This document shows positions 1-13,400 of a stretch of DNA of 64,000 nucleotides, piece after piece. Source of the stretch: Tubulanus polymorphus (Eukaryota; Animalia; Nemertea); contig NC_134029.1 in the NCBI RefSeq assembly GCF_964204645.1, positions 23,182,950 through 23,246,949 of the forward strand. Reading direction: 5' to 3'. The number at the start of each line of letters is the position of its first letter. Position 1 is the first letter of the stretch. The notes beneath the pieces were generated by a model. That model was not told the DNA's origin. It searched no databases and worked only from the letters and a program-made list of their open reading frames with translations. The position numbers were made by a program, and so were the translations under genes.

Positions 1-3000
1 TACAACCCTTTCCCATTGTGACGAGGAAGGGGAGTGATGAATACAACCCTTTCCCATTGTGATGAGGAAGGGGAGAGATGAATACAACCCTTTCCCATTG
101 TGACGAGGAAGGGGAGAGATGAATACAACCCTTTCCCATTGTGATGAGGAAGGGGAGTGATGAATACAACCCTTTCCCATTGTGATGAGGAAGGGGAGTG
201 ATGAATACAACCCTTTCCCATTGTGATGAGGAAGGGGAGTGATGAATACAACCCTTTCCCATTGTGATGAGGAAGGGGAGTGATGAATACAACCCTTTCC
301 CATTGTGATGAGGAAGGGGAGTGATGAATACAACCCTTTCCCATTGTGATGAGGAAGGGGAGTGATGAATACAACCCTTTCCCATTGTGACGAGGAAGGG
401 GAGTGATGAATACAACCCTTTCCCATTGTGATGAGGAAGGGGAGAGATGAATACAACCCTTTCCCATTGTGACGAGGAAGGGGAGTGATGAATACAACCC
501 TTTCCCATTGTGACGAGGAAGGGGAGAGATGAATACAACCCTTTCCCATGGTGACGAGGAAGGGGAGTGATGAATACAACCCTTTCCCATTGTGACGAGG
601 AAGGGGAGAGATGAATACAACCCTTTCCCATTGTGACGAGGAAGGGGAGTGATGAATACAACCCTTTCCCATTGTGACGAGGAAGGGGAGTGATGAATAC
701 AACCCTTTCCCATTGTGACGAGGAAGGGGAGTGATGAATACAACCCTTTCCCATTGTGATGAGGAAGGGGAGAGATGAATACAACCCTTTCCCATTGTGA
801 CGAGGAAGGGGAGTGATGAATACAACCCTTTCCCATTGTGATGAGGAAGGGGAGAGATGAATACAACCCTTTCCCATTGTGACGAGGAAGGGGAGTGATG
901 AATACAACCCTTTCCCATTGTGATGAGGAAGGGGAGTGATGAATACAACCCTTTCCCATGGTGACGAGGAAGGGGAGTGATGAATACAACCCTTTCCCAT
1001 TGTGATGAGGAAGGGGAGAGATGAATACAACCCTTTCCCATTGTGACGAGGAAGGGGAGTGATGAATACAACCCTTTCCCATTGTGACGAGGAAGGGGAG
1101 AGATGAATACAACCCTTTCCCATGGTGACGAGGAAGGGGAGAGATGAATACAACCCTTTCCCATTGTGACGAGGAAGGGGAGTGATGAATACAACCCTTT
1201 CCCATGGTGACGAGGAAGGGGAGTGATGAATACAACCCTTTCCCATGGTGACGAGGAAGGGGAGAGATGAATACAACCCTTTCCCATTGTGACGAGGAAG
1301 GGGAGTGATGAATACAACCCTTTCCCATTGTGACGAGGAAGGGGAGAGATGAATACAACCCTTTCCCATGATGACGAGGAAGGGGAGAGATGAATACAAC
1401 CCTTTCCCATTGTGACGAGGAAGGGGAGAGATGAATACAACCCTTTCCCATGATGACGAGGAAGGGGAGAGATGAATACAACCCTTTCCCATGATGACGA
1501 GGAAGGGGAGAGATGAATACAACCCTTTCCCATGATGACGAGGAAGGGGAGAGATGAATACAACCCTTTCCCATGATGACGAGGAAGGGGAGAGATGAAT
1601 ACAACCCTTTCCCATGGTGACGAGGGAGGGGAGTGATGAATACAACCCTTTCCCATTGTGACGAGGAAGGGGAGAGATGAATACAACCCTTTCCCATGGT
1701 GACGAGGAAGGGGAGAGATGAATACAACCCTTTCCCATTGTGACGAGGAAGGGGAGAGATGAATACAACCCTTTCCCATTGTGACGAGGAAGGGGAGTGA
1801 TGAATACAACCCTTTCCCATTGTGACGAGGAAGGGGAGAGATGAATACAACCCTTTCCCATGGTGACGAGGAAGGGGAGAGATGAATACAACCCTTTCCC
1901 ATTGTGACGAGGAAGGGGAGAGATGAATACAACCCTTTCCCATGGTGACGAGGGAGGGGAGTGATGAATACAACCCTTTCCCATTGTGACGAGGAAGGGG
2001 AGAGATGAATACAACCCTTTCCCATTGTGACGAGGAAGGGGAGAGATGATTACAACCCTTTCCCATTGTGACGAGGAAGGGGAGAGATGAATACAACCCT
2101 TTCCCATTGTGACGAGGAAGGGGAGTGATGAATACAACCCTTTCCCATTGTGACGAGGAAGGGGAGAGATGAATACAACCCTTTCCCATGATGACGAGGG
2201 AGGGGAGTGATGAATACAACCCTTTCCCATTGTGACGAGGAAGGGGAGAGATGAATACAACCCTTTCCCATGATGACGAGGGAGGGGAGAGATGAATACA
2301 ACCCTTTCCCATGATGACGAGGGAGGGGAGAGATGATTACAACCCTTTCCCATGATGACGAGGAAGGGGAGAGATGAATACAACCCTTTCCCATTGTGAC
2401 GAGGGAGGGGAGAGATGATTACAACCCTTTCCCATTGTGACGAGGAAGGGGAGTGATGAATACAACCCTTTCCCATTGTGACGAGGAAGGGGAGAGATGA
2501 ATACAACCCTTTCCCATTGTGACGAGGGAGGGGAGTGATGAATACAACCCTTTCCCATTGTGATGAGGAAGGGGAGAGATGAATACAACCCTTTCCCATT
2601 GTGACGAGGAAGGGGAGTGATGAATACAACCCTTTCCCATTGTGACGAGGAAGGGGAGAGATGAATACAACCCTTTCCCATGATGACGAGGGAGGGGAGT
2701 GATGAATACAACCCTTTCCCATTGTGACGAGGAAGGGGAGAGATGAATACAACCCTTTCCCATGATGACGAGGGAGGGGAGAGATGAATACAACCCTTTC
2801 CCATGATGACGAGGGAGGGGAGAGATGATTACAACCCTTTCCCATGATGACGAGGAAGGGGAGAGATGAATACAACCCTTTCCCATTGTGACGAGGGAGG
2901 GGAGAGATGATTACAACCCTTTCCCATTGTGACGAGGAAGGGGAGTGATGAATACAACCCTTTCCCATTGTGACGAGGAAGGGGAGAGATGAATACAACC

Positions 3001-5425
3001 CTTTCCCATTGTGACGAGGGAGGGGAGTGATGAATACAACCCTTTCCCATTGTGACGAGGAAGGGGAGAGATGAATACAACCCTTTCCCATTGTGACGAG
3101 GAAGGGGAGAGATGAATACAACCCTTTCCCATGATGACGAGGGAGGGGAGAGATGAATACAACCCTTTCCCATGATGACGAGGGAGGGGAGAGATGATTA
3201 CAACCCTTTCCCATGATGACGAGGAAGGGGAGAGATGAATACAACCCTTTCCCATTGTGACGAGGGAGGGGAGAGATGATTACAACCCTTTCCCATTGTG
3301 ACGAGGAAGGGGAGTGATGAATACAACCCTTTCCCATTGTGACGAGGAAGGGGAGTGATGAATACAACCCTTTCCCATTGTGACGAGGAAGGGGAGAGAT
3401 GATTACAACCCTTTCCCATTGTGACGAGGAAGGGGAGAGATGAATACAACCCTTTCCCATTGTGACGAGGAAGGGGAGTGATGAATACAACCCTTTCCCA
3501 TGGTGACGAGGAAGGGGAGAGATGAATACAACCCTTTCCCATTGTGACGAGGAAGGGGAGAGATGAATACAACCCTTTCCCATGATGACGAGGGAGGGGA
3601 GAGATGAATACAACCCTTTCCCATTGTGACGAGGAAGGGGAGAGATGAATACAACCCTTTCCCATGATGACGAGGGAGGGGAGAGATGAATACAACCCTT
3701 TCCCATGGTGACGAGGAAGGGGAGAGATGAATACAACCCTTTCCCATTGTGACGAGGAAGGGGAGTGATGAATACAACCCTTTCCCATGATGACGAGGAA
3801 GGGGAGAGATGAATACAACCCTTTCCCATGGTGACGAGGAAGGGGAGAGATGAATACAACCCTTTCCCATGGTGACGAGGAAGGGGAGAGATGAATACAA
3901 CCCTTTCCCATGATGACGAGGAAGGGGAGAGATGAATACAACCCTTTCCCATGATGACGAGGAAGGGGAGAGATGAATACAACCCTTTCCCATGGTGACG
4001 AGGGAGGGGAGAGATGAATACAACCCTTTCCCATGATGACGAGGAAGGGGAGAGATGAATACAACCCTTTCCCATGGTGACGAGGGAGGGGAGTGATGAA
4101 TACAACCCTTTCCCATTGTGACGAGGGAGGGGAGTGATGAATACAACCCTTTCCCATTGTGACGAGGGAGGGGAGAGATGAATACAACCCTTTCCCATTG
4201 TGACGAGGAAGGGGAGAGATGAATACAACCCTTTCCCATGGTGACGAGGAAGGGGAGAGATGAATACAACCCTTTCCCATTGTGACGAGGGAGGGGAGAG
4301 ATGAATACAACCCTTTCCCATTGTGACGAGGAAGGGGAGAGATGATTACAACCCTTTCCCATGATGACGAGGAAGGGGAGAGATGAATACAACCCTTTCC
4401 CATTGTGACGAGGAAGGGGAGAGATGAATACAACCCTTTCCCATTGTGACGAGGAAGGGGAGAGATGAATACAACCCTTTCCCATTGTGACGAGGAAGGG
4501 GAGAGATGAATACAACCCTTTCCCATTGTGACGAGGAAGGGGAGTGATGAATACAACCCTTTCCCATTGTGACGAGGAAGGGGATTGATGAATACAACCC
4601 TTTCCCATGATGACGAGGAAGGGGAGAGATGAATACAACCCTTTCCCATGGTGACGAGGAAGGGGAGAGATGAATACAACCCTTTCCCATTGTGACGAGG
4701 AAGGGGAGAGATGAATACAACCCTTTCCCATGATGACGAGGAAGGGGAGTGATGAATACAACCCTTTCCCATTGTGACGAGGAAGGGGAGAGATGATTAC
4801 AACCCTTTCCCATTGTGACGAGGGAGGGGAGAGATGAATACAACCCTTTCCCATTGTGACGAGGAAGGGGAGTGATGAATACAACCCTTTCCCATGATGA
4901 CGAGGAAGGGGAGTGATGAATACAACCCTTTCCCATTGTGACGAGGAAGGGGAGAGATGATTACAACCCTTTCCCATTGTGACGAGGGAGGGGAGAGATG
5001 AATACAACCCTTTCCCATTGTGACGAGGGAGGGGAGTGATGATTACAACCCTTTCCCATTGTGACGAGGAAGGGGATTGATGAATACAACCCTTTCCCAT
5101 TGTGACGAGGAAGGGGAGAGATGAATACAACCCTTTCCCATGATGACGAGGAAGGGGAGAGATGATTACAACCCTTTCCCATGATGACGAGGAAGGGGAG
5201 AGATGAATACAACCCTTTCCCATGATGACGAGGAAGGGGAGAGATGAATACAACCCTTTCCCATTGTGACGAGGGAGGGGAGTGATGAATACAACCCTTT
5301 CCCATTGTGACGAGGAAGGGGAGAGATGAATACAACCCTTTCCCATGGTGACGAGGAAGGGGAGAGATGAATACAACCCTTTCCCATGGTGACGAGGAAG
5401 GGGAGTGATGAATACAACCCTTTCC
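1..5425. repeat. 41-bp tandem satellite array, about 132 units, truncated by the window start
   Basis: Consensus TACAACCCTTTCCCATTGTGACGAGGAAGGGGAGAGATGAA repeats head-to-tail with no indels seen and only about 5 variable positions; it ends abruptly at ...CCCTTTCC|TCATTATAC (5425). Confidence 0.99.
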
Positions 5426-6350
5426 TCATTATACATTCACAGACAAATTATCTGTAATAGGCGTGAATTATTGAGAGATTTGAAGCAGGTGCCGATGGTT
5501 CGCAGTTTAATTTGATTACGATTTGTCTCTAACGATGTCTGTCGTCATTATGATCATATTTCAGGGTGTTTGCTCTGAACTGTATACATAGAACCCTTCA
5601 CTGATTACCCGATTTAATAATGCATGCTCAGTCAGTTCACCGGTGGTGGTATCGGGTGATGCCTGAATCTATTATCGGAACCGATGACCTGATGATTATG
5701 AAGCTCGATGTAACCCTAGTTTCCGATCTAATCAGAAATGGATGCGATATCAAATGATTAGTGGTGAAAACCTTCGTCGTCTTAGTTTTAAGTAGGTGTT
5801 TTTTTACTAATTATTTTGACGACTCGTTGATTAGTTTCATCAAGCGAGAGAGAGATGACGTTCTAAGCTCAGCCATCGATGCACGCGACGCGCGTGATGG
5901 CCATCTCTCCGTTAGCCGCTGCCGTGCTCGTTGTTACCATGGTAACGCGAGTGAACCCCGCTACTACAGAAGTTAGGGAACGCGGAGAGGAAACCGAGAT
6001 CGCAATATCGGGCGCGCGTGTATAACAGTAACGGTGTACCGATGGTGGAGACTGCCGTTGGGGAAGATGCAGCGTGCACGTACCGATCGAATGTAGCATC
6101 AGATTGCGCCATCGAAATCATCGATCAGTGAAAGATTGGAATTAATCGCGCGTGTTTCACGTATTGTAGATCAGTTTCTCTACGTTCAGATACAGGTAGG
6201 TTTTAGTCTGACTCGATGACGTTTAATCGGGGCTTAACTCTTTAAAAAGTCAACTCGATGAGTTTCCGACAGTCTTTCAGCAAATACTCGAGAACAACAT
6301 CAAAAACGATTGTATTGATTTTTGCAATCGGATCTCGATATCTTCAGCAG

Positions 6351-6588
6351 GGGCCAGTTGCACAGTTGTGACTTAACTCCAAATAGGCTCTTAAATCCTA
6401 AGACTGGGAACCGTTGCTGAAAAGTAGATTGAAGATAACCAGCGGATAGATACCATAGTAACAATGAACTTTTGATTGTCACTTTGTCAACTATCGACTG
6501 GTTTACTCTAACCAACTTCTCAGCAACTGAAGTTTTTAGATCGGCCATAGAACTAAGATCGTTTTAGCCATGGGTGTGCAACTGGCTT
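6351..6588 (+). mobile_element. Family A-related MITE, longer diverged variant
   Basis: CAG|GGGCCAGTTGCACAGTTGTGACTTA ... GGCCATAGAACTAAG ... GTGTGCAACTGGC, with an extra internal segment of about 100 bp. Confidence 0.7.
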
Positions 6589-7387
6589 TTTAGTATTAAT
6601 TGTTCGCTTTTATTTTTATTTTTCATCTGGTCTTATGTCTTTTGTTTCCTCAATCTATTGTCTATTTGCACAAGCATGAAAACTAAAAAGATTAAAATAT
6701 TTCGGTGATTAACCTAATCCAACGACAAACGTTGTCATTTTTTGTTGTTGTAAAAAGGGATAGCGTAATGTTCGCTTTAAGCTGTGAACATTTAATGTAA
6801 TTGTTGTTGGATCGATTCTGTAGTAATTAAGATCAGGTTTAGTTGCGGTGTGGTTTCTTGATGAGGGATATGACAAGGTGATTGAACTTATTGAATTTTT
6901 CTAGATCGGGTTGAATGCATTCCCTCCATATGTACGTAAACTCATTATCGGTTATTCAATTTTAAAAGGTATTGTTGTAGGGAGGTAGTGCAGGTCTATG
7001 CTACTATGCTGCTTCTCTTGTGCCATATCGGTGATGATACCAAAAAAGAGAAAATGATCACATTCAAACTGTATTGAATAGAATTTTTGCTCGAATTTAT
7101 ATAGCACTTATAAAGTTTGAAATATCGTGCGATCAAGATTCCTCGATCGACAAATACTGCTAATAAAACTACTAATACTTATTGTAAGAAAAATGTTCTT
7201 TCCTGCCTGTTTTGTTTAATTGGGATAATTTTTCCAGCCAATTTATACATTAGAACTGGAGAGGGTATGATTATTGTTTTTACTGCGCAGCGCATTTCAA
7301 TATCCTCCCAGGCGTTAACGAGGGAAGTTATTGTGCAGATCAATTTTTTTCAAGTACCTTCGAAAATTATTTGCTTTGAGAAATCAT

Positions 7388-7756
7388 GAATACGACAGAA
7401 ATATCATCCTCTTGAATACAGCAGAAATATTATCCTCTTGAATACAGAAGAAATATCATCCTCTTGAATACAGTGGACATATGCTTGAATACGACAGAAA
7501 TATCATCCTTGTGAATACAGTGAAAATACCATGCTTGAATATAGCAGAAATATCATCCTCTTGAATACAGGAGAAATATCATTCTCTTAGATACAGTAGA
7601 AATATCATCCACTTGAATACAGTGGACATATGCTTGAATACGACAGAAATATCATCCTCGTGAATACAGTGAAAATACCATGCTTGAATATGGCAGAAAT
7701 ATCATCCTCTTGAATACAGGAGTAATATCATCCTCTTGAATACAGTAGAAATATCA
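7388..7756. repeat. 26-bp minisatellite, about 14 units, with a 149-bp higher-order duplication
   Basis: Unit GAATACAGNAGAAATATCATCCTCTT; the variant block starting CAGTGGACAT recurs at 7471 and 7620. Confidence 0.95.
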
Positions 7757-8178
7757 CGCTGAATAAGGATAAAGTGTGGGTGAGTCAAATGGGCGTGTTC
7801 AAACAACGGCTGAGTTTTAGAGAGCCAATAAAATCGCTTGATTATAAGGTGATTTTTATAATAGCAATAACAACAGCACATGTGCCTAGTTAGCGTACAT
7901 GTGTGCGATAGGGGGATTTTTCAGCAGACGTAAAAAACCGACAGCTTCGCCGAAGGTTTATTTTCTCATAATCGCAATAGTCATCAGTTTGAAGGTTGGT
8001 GGTGAATGGATTGTGAAACTGTGTATACGACGACGGACGGACGGATCGCAGTGTCTCAGTGAGTCCCCATTGAGTCTCGCCGCCGAACGAGAAAGGAATA
8101 TTTTTAAAGACAACCGGTTTTGATTGTATTTCACTCGTCGCTATACGACTACTACGTTTGTACGGGATAACGTTAATT

Positions 8179-8327
8179 ATGATCGAAACTTCGACGAAAA
8201 TGAACGGGCAACTCGTGAAGCCCGGTTCAACGCAAGTAACCCGCCTTATCAAAGACTTGACTTTAGATTTATACCAGGCTTACCGCAGAAAACGAAGAGC
8301 GTCCATGATTGACCCGAAATGCAGAAG
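8179..8327 (+). CDS. Candidate alternative first coding exon (distal) of the GRAMD2-like gene
   Basis: ATG 8179 is open to AG|GTATTT at 8327/8328 in phase 2, the phase required by acceptors 13257 and 21962. Encodes MIETSTKMNG...YRRKRRASMIDPKCR. A CCAAT motif and a CpG-rich leader lie upstream (about 7820-8160). Confidence 0.6.
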
Positions 8328-10480
8328 GTATTTTACTTGTTTTCACTTTCCAGAATACTGGGCCAGATCCAATGAACTATGTTTGAAAGTCTTGTGACAT
8401 GTTTAAGGGCATTTTCGATCATTGTTATACTTGGAAGTGTAATTACCTTTGAAGATTTGTGGATCGGTCAGTTGCATTTCCAAGTAGAACTTGTTTTTTT
8501 ATGCAAGCGAAATTTATAAGATGCCATGTAATAAGGCGGTTAAAAGTTAAAGACATTCATAAAAGGGTGACTCAAAAAGAATGATTTAGGGTCTTGTACA
8601 AGACTCATGGAGCTGCCCTTGATATAGGTTTATCAAGTGACTTAAATGTTGAATGCAGTAGAAGGTGTTTTAGGGTTTAAGATCTTTTTTGAGAAAAAGA
8701 AAGTGATGAATGACAGATCTTTTCAAATGCGCATGAAAGAGTTCATGTGGATTGAATTGAAGTGTTCAGCATAAACTTTGATGGTGCATTGAAATTTCCA
8801 AATCACTTTGTCATGTAAACCCAAAATTTGGGTATTATATAGAGGTTTCCTTTGTTTGTGTAAATTCACTGCTGCCATCTGTCTTCATCTTATGTAATTA
8901 CTATTAATCGATAGAAGATAGAAGATCTGTACTGTGTAACATGCTCGCTCAACTCTCCACTAGCACTCAAACAATCTACACATCCTCCAGATTGCCTTGT
9001 ACTTTATATGGCAGACATGGATGTGTGGGTCATGCCTTGTACTTTTTATTGCTAACATGGATGTGTGGGTCATATCGTGTAGCGTTTTTCTTTACCTAGA
9101 AGTGGTATCACAAAAAACCGTTTGTCTGTGGAGGTAGACTTTTTATATTTCTGAGAAATAGTTATTGGCATCCATAAGCCTTCTCGAGCAAAATGAAGCA
9201 ATGTTCCTTGCTGTGAAGACTTGAATAGCAAAGCTGAGGGCTGCTGATAGACTGCCAGAGCTGAGTTATGGATGTCTGACTCTCAAAATCCTTTTAATCC
9301 TCCCATTCCTTCTAACATTTATGAAACGTGCTGGTTTCAAGGTTTTACGGTATGATTTGTTGCATCATGTTTGACGCTGGTTAATGCACTGAAGCTCCTC
9401 GCTGGAATTATAGTTTTTGCTGCGTTCTTTTTATCTCCAAATTTCTGGGGAAACGTTGGCAAGCTCAAGCACCCAACCTGAATCTGTATAGGATATGCTT
9501 TGCTGGAACATCATCAAGGACATTTTTCTGGAGCCACCATTTTGTCATTTTGACCATAACTGGATAGATACGCAATATTATGATAGCAATAAATAATGGT
9601 TTCTAGCGGGTCAATAGGTGTGTTGTCCACATACACCCACCTAATTTATGACTAATAACAAAGTTGTATAACAGGGTTAATAAAGTTTATCAACCTCTTT
9701 TGATCAGGTTTTTATGGCTAGATATATATTTGAAGTAACCTTAATCCCTTAATAAGCCCGGTGTTTTTCCGGTGATATTTACCCCACAACCAAATATTTA
9801 CAGCAGTTGCTAGATCCTTATGCCTTGAAGGACAGTCTTTTTTCAGTAATCTCATGTTGAGAAGGTCAATAACTGGACTATGAAATGTTTTAGGTAAAGG
9901 CAACCACCGCATGTTTTATAATTTCATTGTTTAAATGAAACACGTGTTCATGAACTGTGGCGGCGTGTACTGGACATTAAATACTGCGATAGCTTAGGAC
10001 AACACCCACCTTATATACATACATATAGTAACATCTGGAATGATTTGTCATACTACAAATATTGTGTAACGATAGAAATCGTGCAACAGCTAATTGAATT
10101 GCTAATTTCCGTCATTGATAGTACGAAGGAATAAGCGCTAATGAAGGAGTCTAGAAGGAGAAGTTATCTGTACAAACTCCGAGTGCAAAGGATTAATGAT
10201 GAGTTACTTATTTGTCGCTAGTATCATCGTTGATTGGAGTCTCCGGCAGTGACAACACAGTCAAACAGATCGAATAATCGGATGCTCAGCACTAAACTAC
10301 AGCTGCTGCTGCTGCTGCTGTTACTGTTACATGTGCATGTGCGCGTCTCCTCCCTCCCGTCAAATGATTGACTGCCTGAAATCATTCGCAGCGACGACGG
10401 TAATAATGTAATATTTATCGAGATATTATAGATTAGCTAGCCTGTTATAGGTGTACACGCGAGCGAGCGCTATTGGGAAT

Positions 10481-13400
10481 ATGGAGAGCGATGCCACGAC
10501 AGCAGCGGTGAACAGAAACATCATCGCTACAGCGCACGGAATAAACATTATCATCAACCCACCGGACGATGTCAACCCGACGACTAACAAGTCACTGTCG
10601 TATACTAACGGTTTTGTGAGGAGGTAAGGCTACGTAGAGCGCGACATATGGTCTTAGTTTCACTTGATGTTTGTAACAGGCCATTGATTCTATGAACAGC
10701 AGTGATAAACAAACCGTTGTTAGTAGCCTCGTGATATACGCCAGATTTCTGGCATCACTTGAATGTCATACGTTTTAGGCGTGGTATAATGTAGTATCAT
10801 TTATACATTTTAATTATCACCCGGTTTTATTTGAATATTGACTTTATGGCTTCATGTAGCTGTTGTCACTAAAAATGGTGAACAGATTCTATTGTATCTA
10901 TTATATGGAAAATTACGCTCGGCAATGAAAAACGTGTTCGAAAAGGTTTCTTGTAGTCAATGATTTATTTTCGATGTTTCGACTATATCTTAAGTAGTCA
11001 TCTAATTATCTTAAGTAGTCATCTAATTATCTTAAGTAGTCATCTCACTCAGTATTCCTGAAGATGACTATAAGAATATAGTCAAAATGTCAAAAATTAA
11101 TCATTAACTAAATGAAACCTTTTTGAACACGTTTTTCATCTCTGGGTATAATTTTTCTTTTGTAAGTATGGGATTTACTAGATTATTACAACACAGGCTC
11201 GGATTGTTTCACAGTCTAATGGTGTATCCATCTTCAAGGCCAGTCTCTATTTCATTTACATCTATAGGATCTGCTGTAACTGATAACTTTCAGCTATACA
11301 GTGCAACAGTTCGAGTGTCGTTAATTGGTTTTTCAGAATGAAATATCAAACTATGTTGTTGCGTATACATATGCATCAATTGATTATATCACTGTTTAGA
11401 CAAAAGTCTGTATATGACGAATCTAATGAATAGACGCAATGAAGCCAAATAAATGGAGGAGTGTGTAATGGTGAGGAGTGCTGCAATGAGTATCTAAGGG
11501 TGAGGAGGGCTGCAATGAGTATCTAAGGGTGAGGAGTGCTGTAATGAGTATCTAAGGGTGAGGAGTGCTGTAATGAGTATCTAAGGGTGAGGGGGGCTGA
11601 AATGAGTATCTAATGGTGAGGAGTGCTGCAATGAGTATCTAAGGGTGAGGGGGGCTGCAATGAGTATCTAAGGGTGAGGGGGGCTGAAATGAGTATCTAA
11701 TGGTGAGGAGTGCTGCAATGAGTATCTAAGGGTGAGGAGGGCTGTAATGAGTATCTAAGGGTGAGGGGGGCTGAAATGAGTATCTAATGGTGAGGAGTGC
11801 TGCAATGAGTATCTAAGGGTGAGGAGTGCTGCAATGAGTATCTAAGGGTGAGGAGGGCTGTAATGAGTGTGTAAAAGGGTGAGGTTGTATTTGAAATCAA
11901 TCACTTCACCTCAAATGAAATTGATTGTAACCCAGTGACATTTAACGTGGCTGCGTCAGTTATTAAGCTGCATACTCGGTTAAGTTAGCGCTCAAATCAA
12001 CAAGATCTGATGTAAGCCACGATCACACAGACCAAATTGGCACGGATCAGGCCCGAGCCAAATTGACACGGATCAGTCCCGAGCCAAATTGGCACGGATC
12101 AGACCCGAGCCAAATTGACACGGATCAGTCCCGAGCCAAAGTGGCATGGATCAGGCCCGAGCCTAATTGACACGGATCAGGCCCAAGCCAGATTTTATGT
12201 AAGCGCGGCTATAGTGTTGATGAATTTTTAGATTTCATGTTAGTAATAGCAATCTGAAGCAAGGAATAAATGCAATGTTTTGTTTGTAACAGTTGATATT
12301 TCATATGGTCCCCGACTAACTGAAACAAACATGAACCGTTAAAGGGCGAACCCGTTTAGGTGCTATTTAGGTGTGGTTGAGGATACAAATGGCTCAAGTT
12401 CATTGTATGGATAAGAACCGATGATTCTTCAGTAGTTCATTTAATTACGCGGCATATTGTCAGTGTTGGTTGCGTAATAGGGCTTGATTTGCGCTATTAG
12501 CTTCAGGTATTAATCCGGTATTAATAAATACTTGCGAAGAATGGTGAATTCATGAACAGCAACGCATTCAACTAAAAAAAAAAAACCAGAAATAAGTCAT
12601 TGAATTCTTGCGATCATCGTCAGGTAATTGTCATAATTTCAGCAATAGTGTAAATCAAAATATTTAACAGTAGGAAATATTATAACTAACAGTTTTTTCG
12701 GTTTTTTTTTTTGTGTATGTATTAATGAAAGCGATGAAAGAAATAGATAGTTATTATCCGAAAATTATCGGCGACCTGTTGAAACAGAGGAACATTTCTT
12801 GTGCACTTGTCTCAAATACGTTGATCTGTACTTACCACTTCGCTTCTATTATGTTTGAATCCCAAGTACAGCTCATTCGCACAGCGAGTGGCTGGGGGCT
12901 GTTAGTTCCCAAGAAATTTTGTAACGGCATATAAGAAGAATCATTGTATCATTTTTTCACTTCAGGTAACTGCCCTTTTTTGGGTTTCTTTGCCCCCCTC
13001 CCACATTGGAATGCTAGATACAGCCCTGTTGTGCATGCCCATTGTACCGATTGTCTTGCAACTAATGACATCCTTTATTTCGACTTGAAACGGCTGCATC
13101 GAGATTGATTTCTGAATGATTAATTTGATTTCACCTTCATGGATAAAAAAATGAACAGATTGTTGGCCGCAGTTCAGGAATGCTCGGCTCTGAGCGTTTG
13201 TCAGTTTTCACGCTGTATACGAGTTTTATAAGACATTGATCTCCTTGTTTTTGCAGATCTACTTCATTCAATCGCAATTCAACGAGCCGCAGTAAAATCG
13301 ATACAAACCATGGCGAAACACCAGAGAAAGATTCTGATTCCGTTAAATCAAGGTAAGATTGAAGATAAGAAATGCTTTAAGCCGTGTTTACCCTACGTCA

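Noticed and set aside
1-5425. Satellite as a CRISPR array or hammerhead-bearing satellite (TGACGAG/TGATGAG + hairpin)
   Set aside because: There are no unique spacers and the context is eukaryotic. The core-like word is GUGANGA or AUGANGA rather than CUGANGA, and no GAAA follows the hairpin.
2050-5436. Long - strand ORFs (up to 677 aa) with a 41-aa repeat
   Set aside because: They arise because the 41-bp unit lacks stops on the - strand. All three frames give the same peptide, and the ORFs end wherever the GATTAC variant occurs.
8500-9600. Possible decayed transposase on the - strand
   Set aside because: CpG-poor and coding-like by eye, but no recognisable motif or sustained frame.
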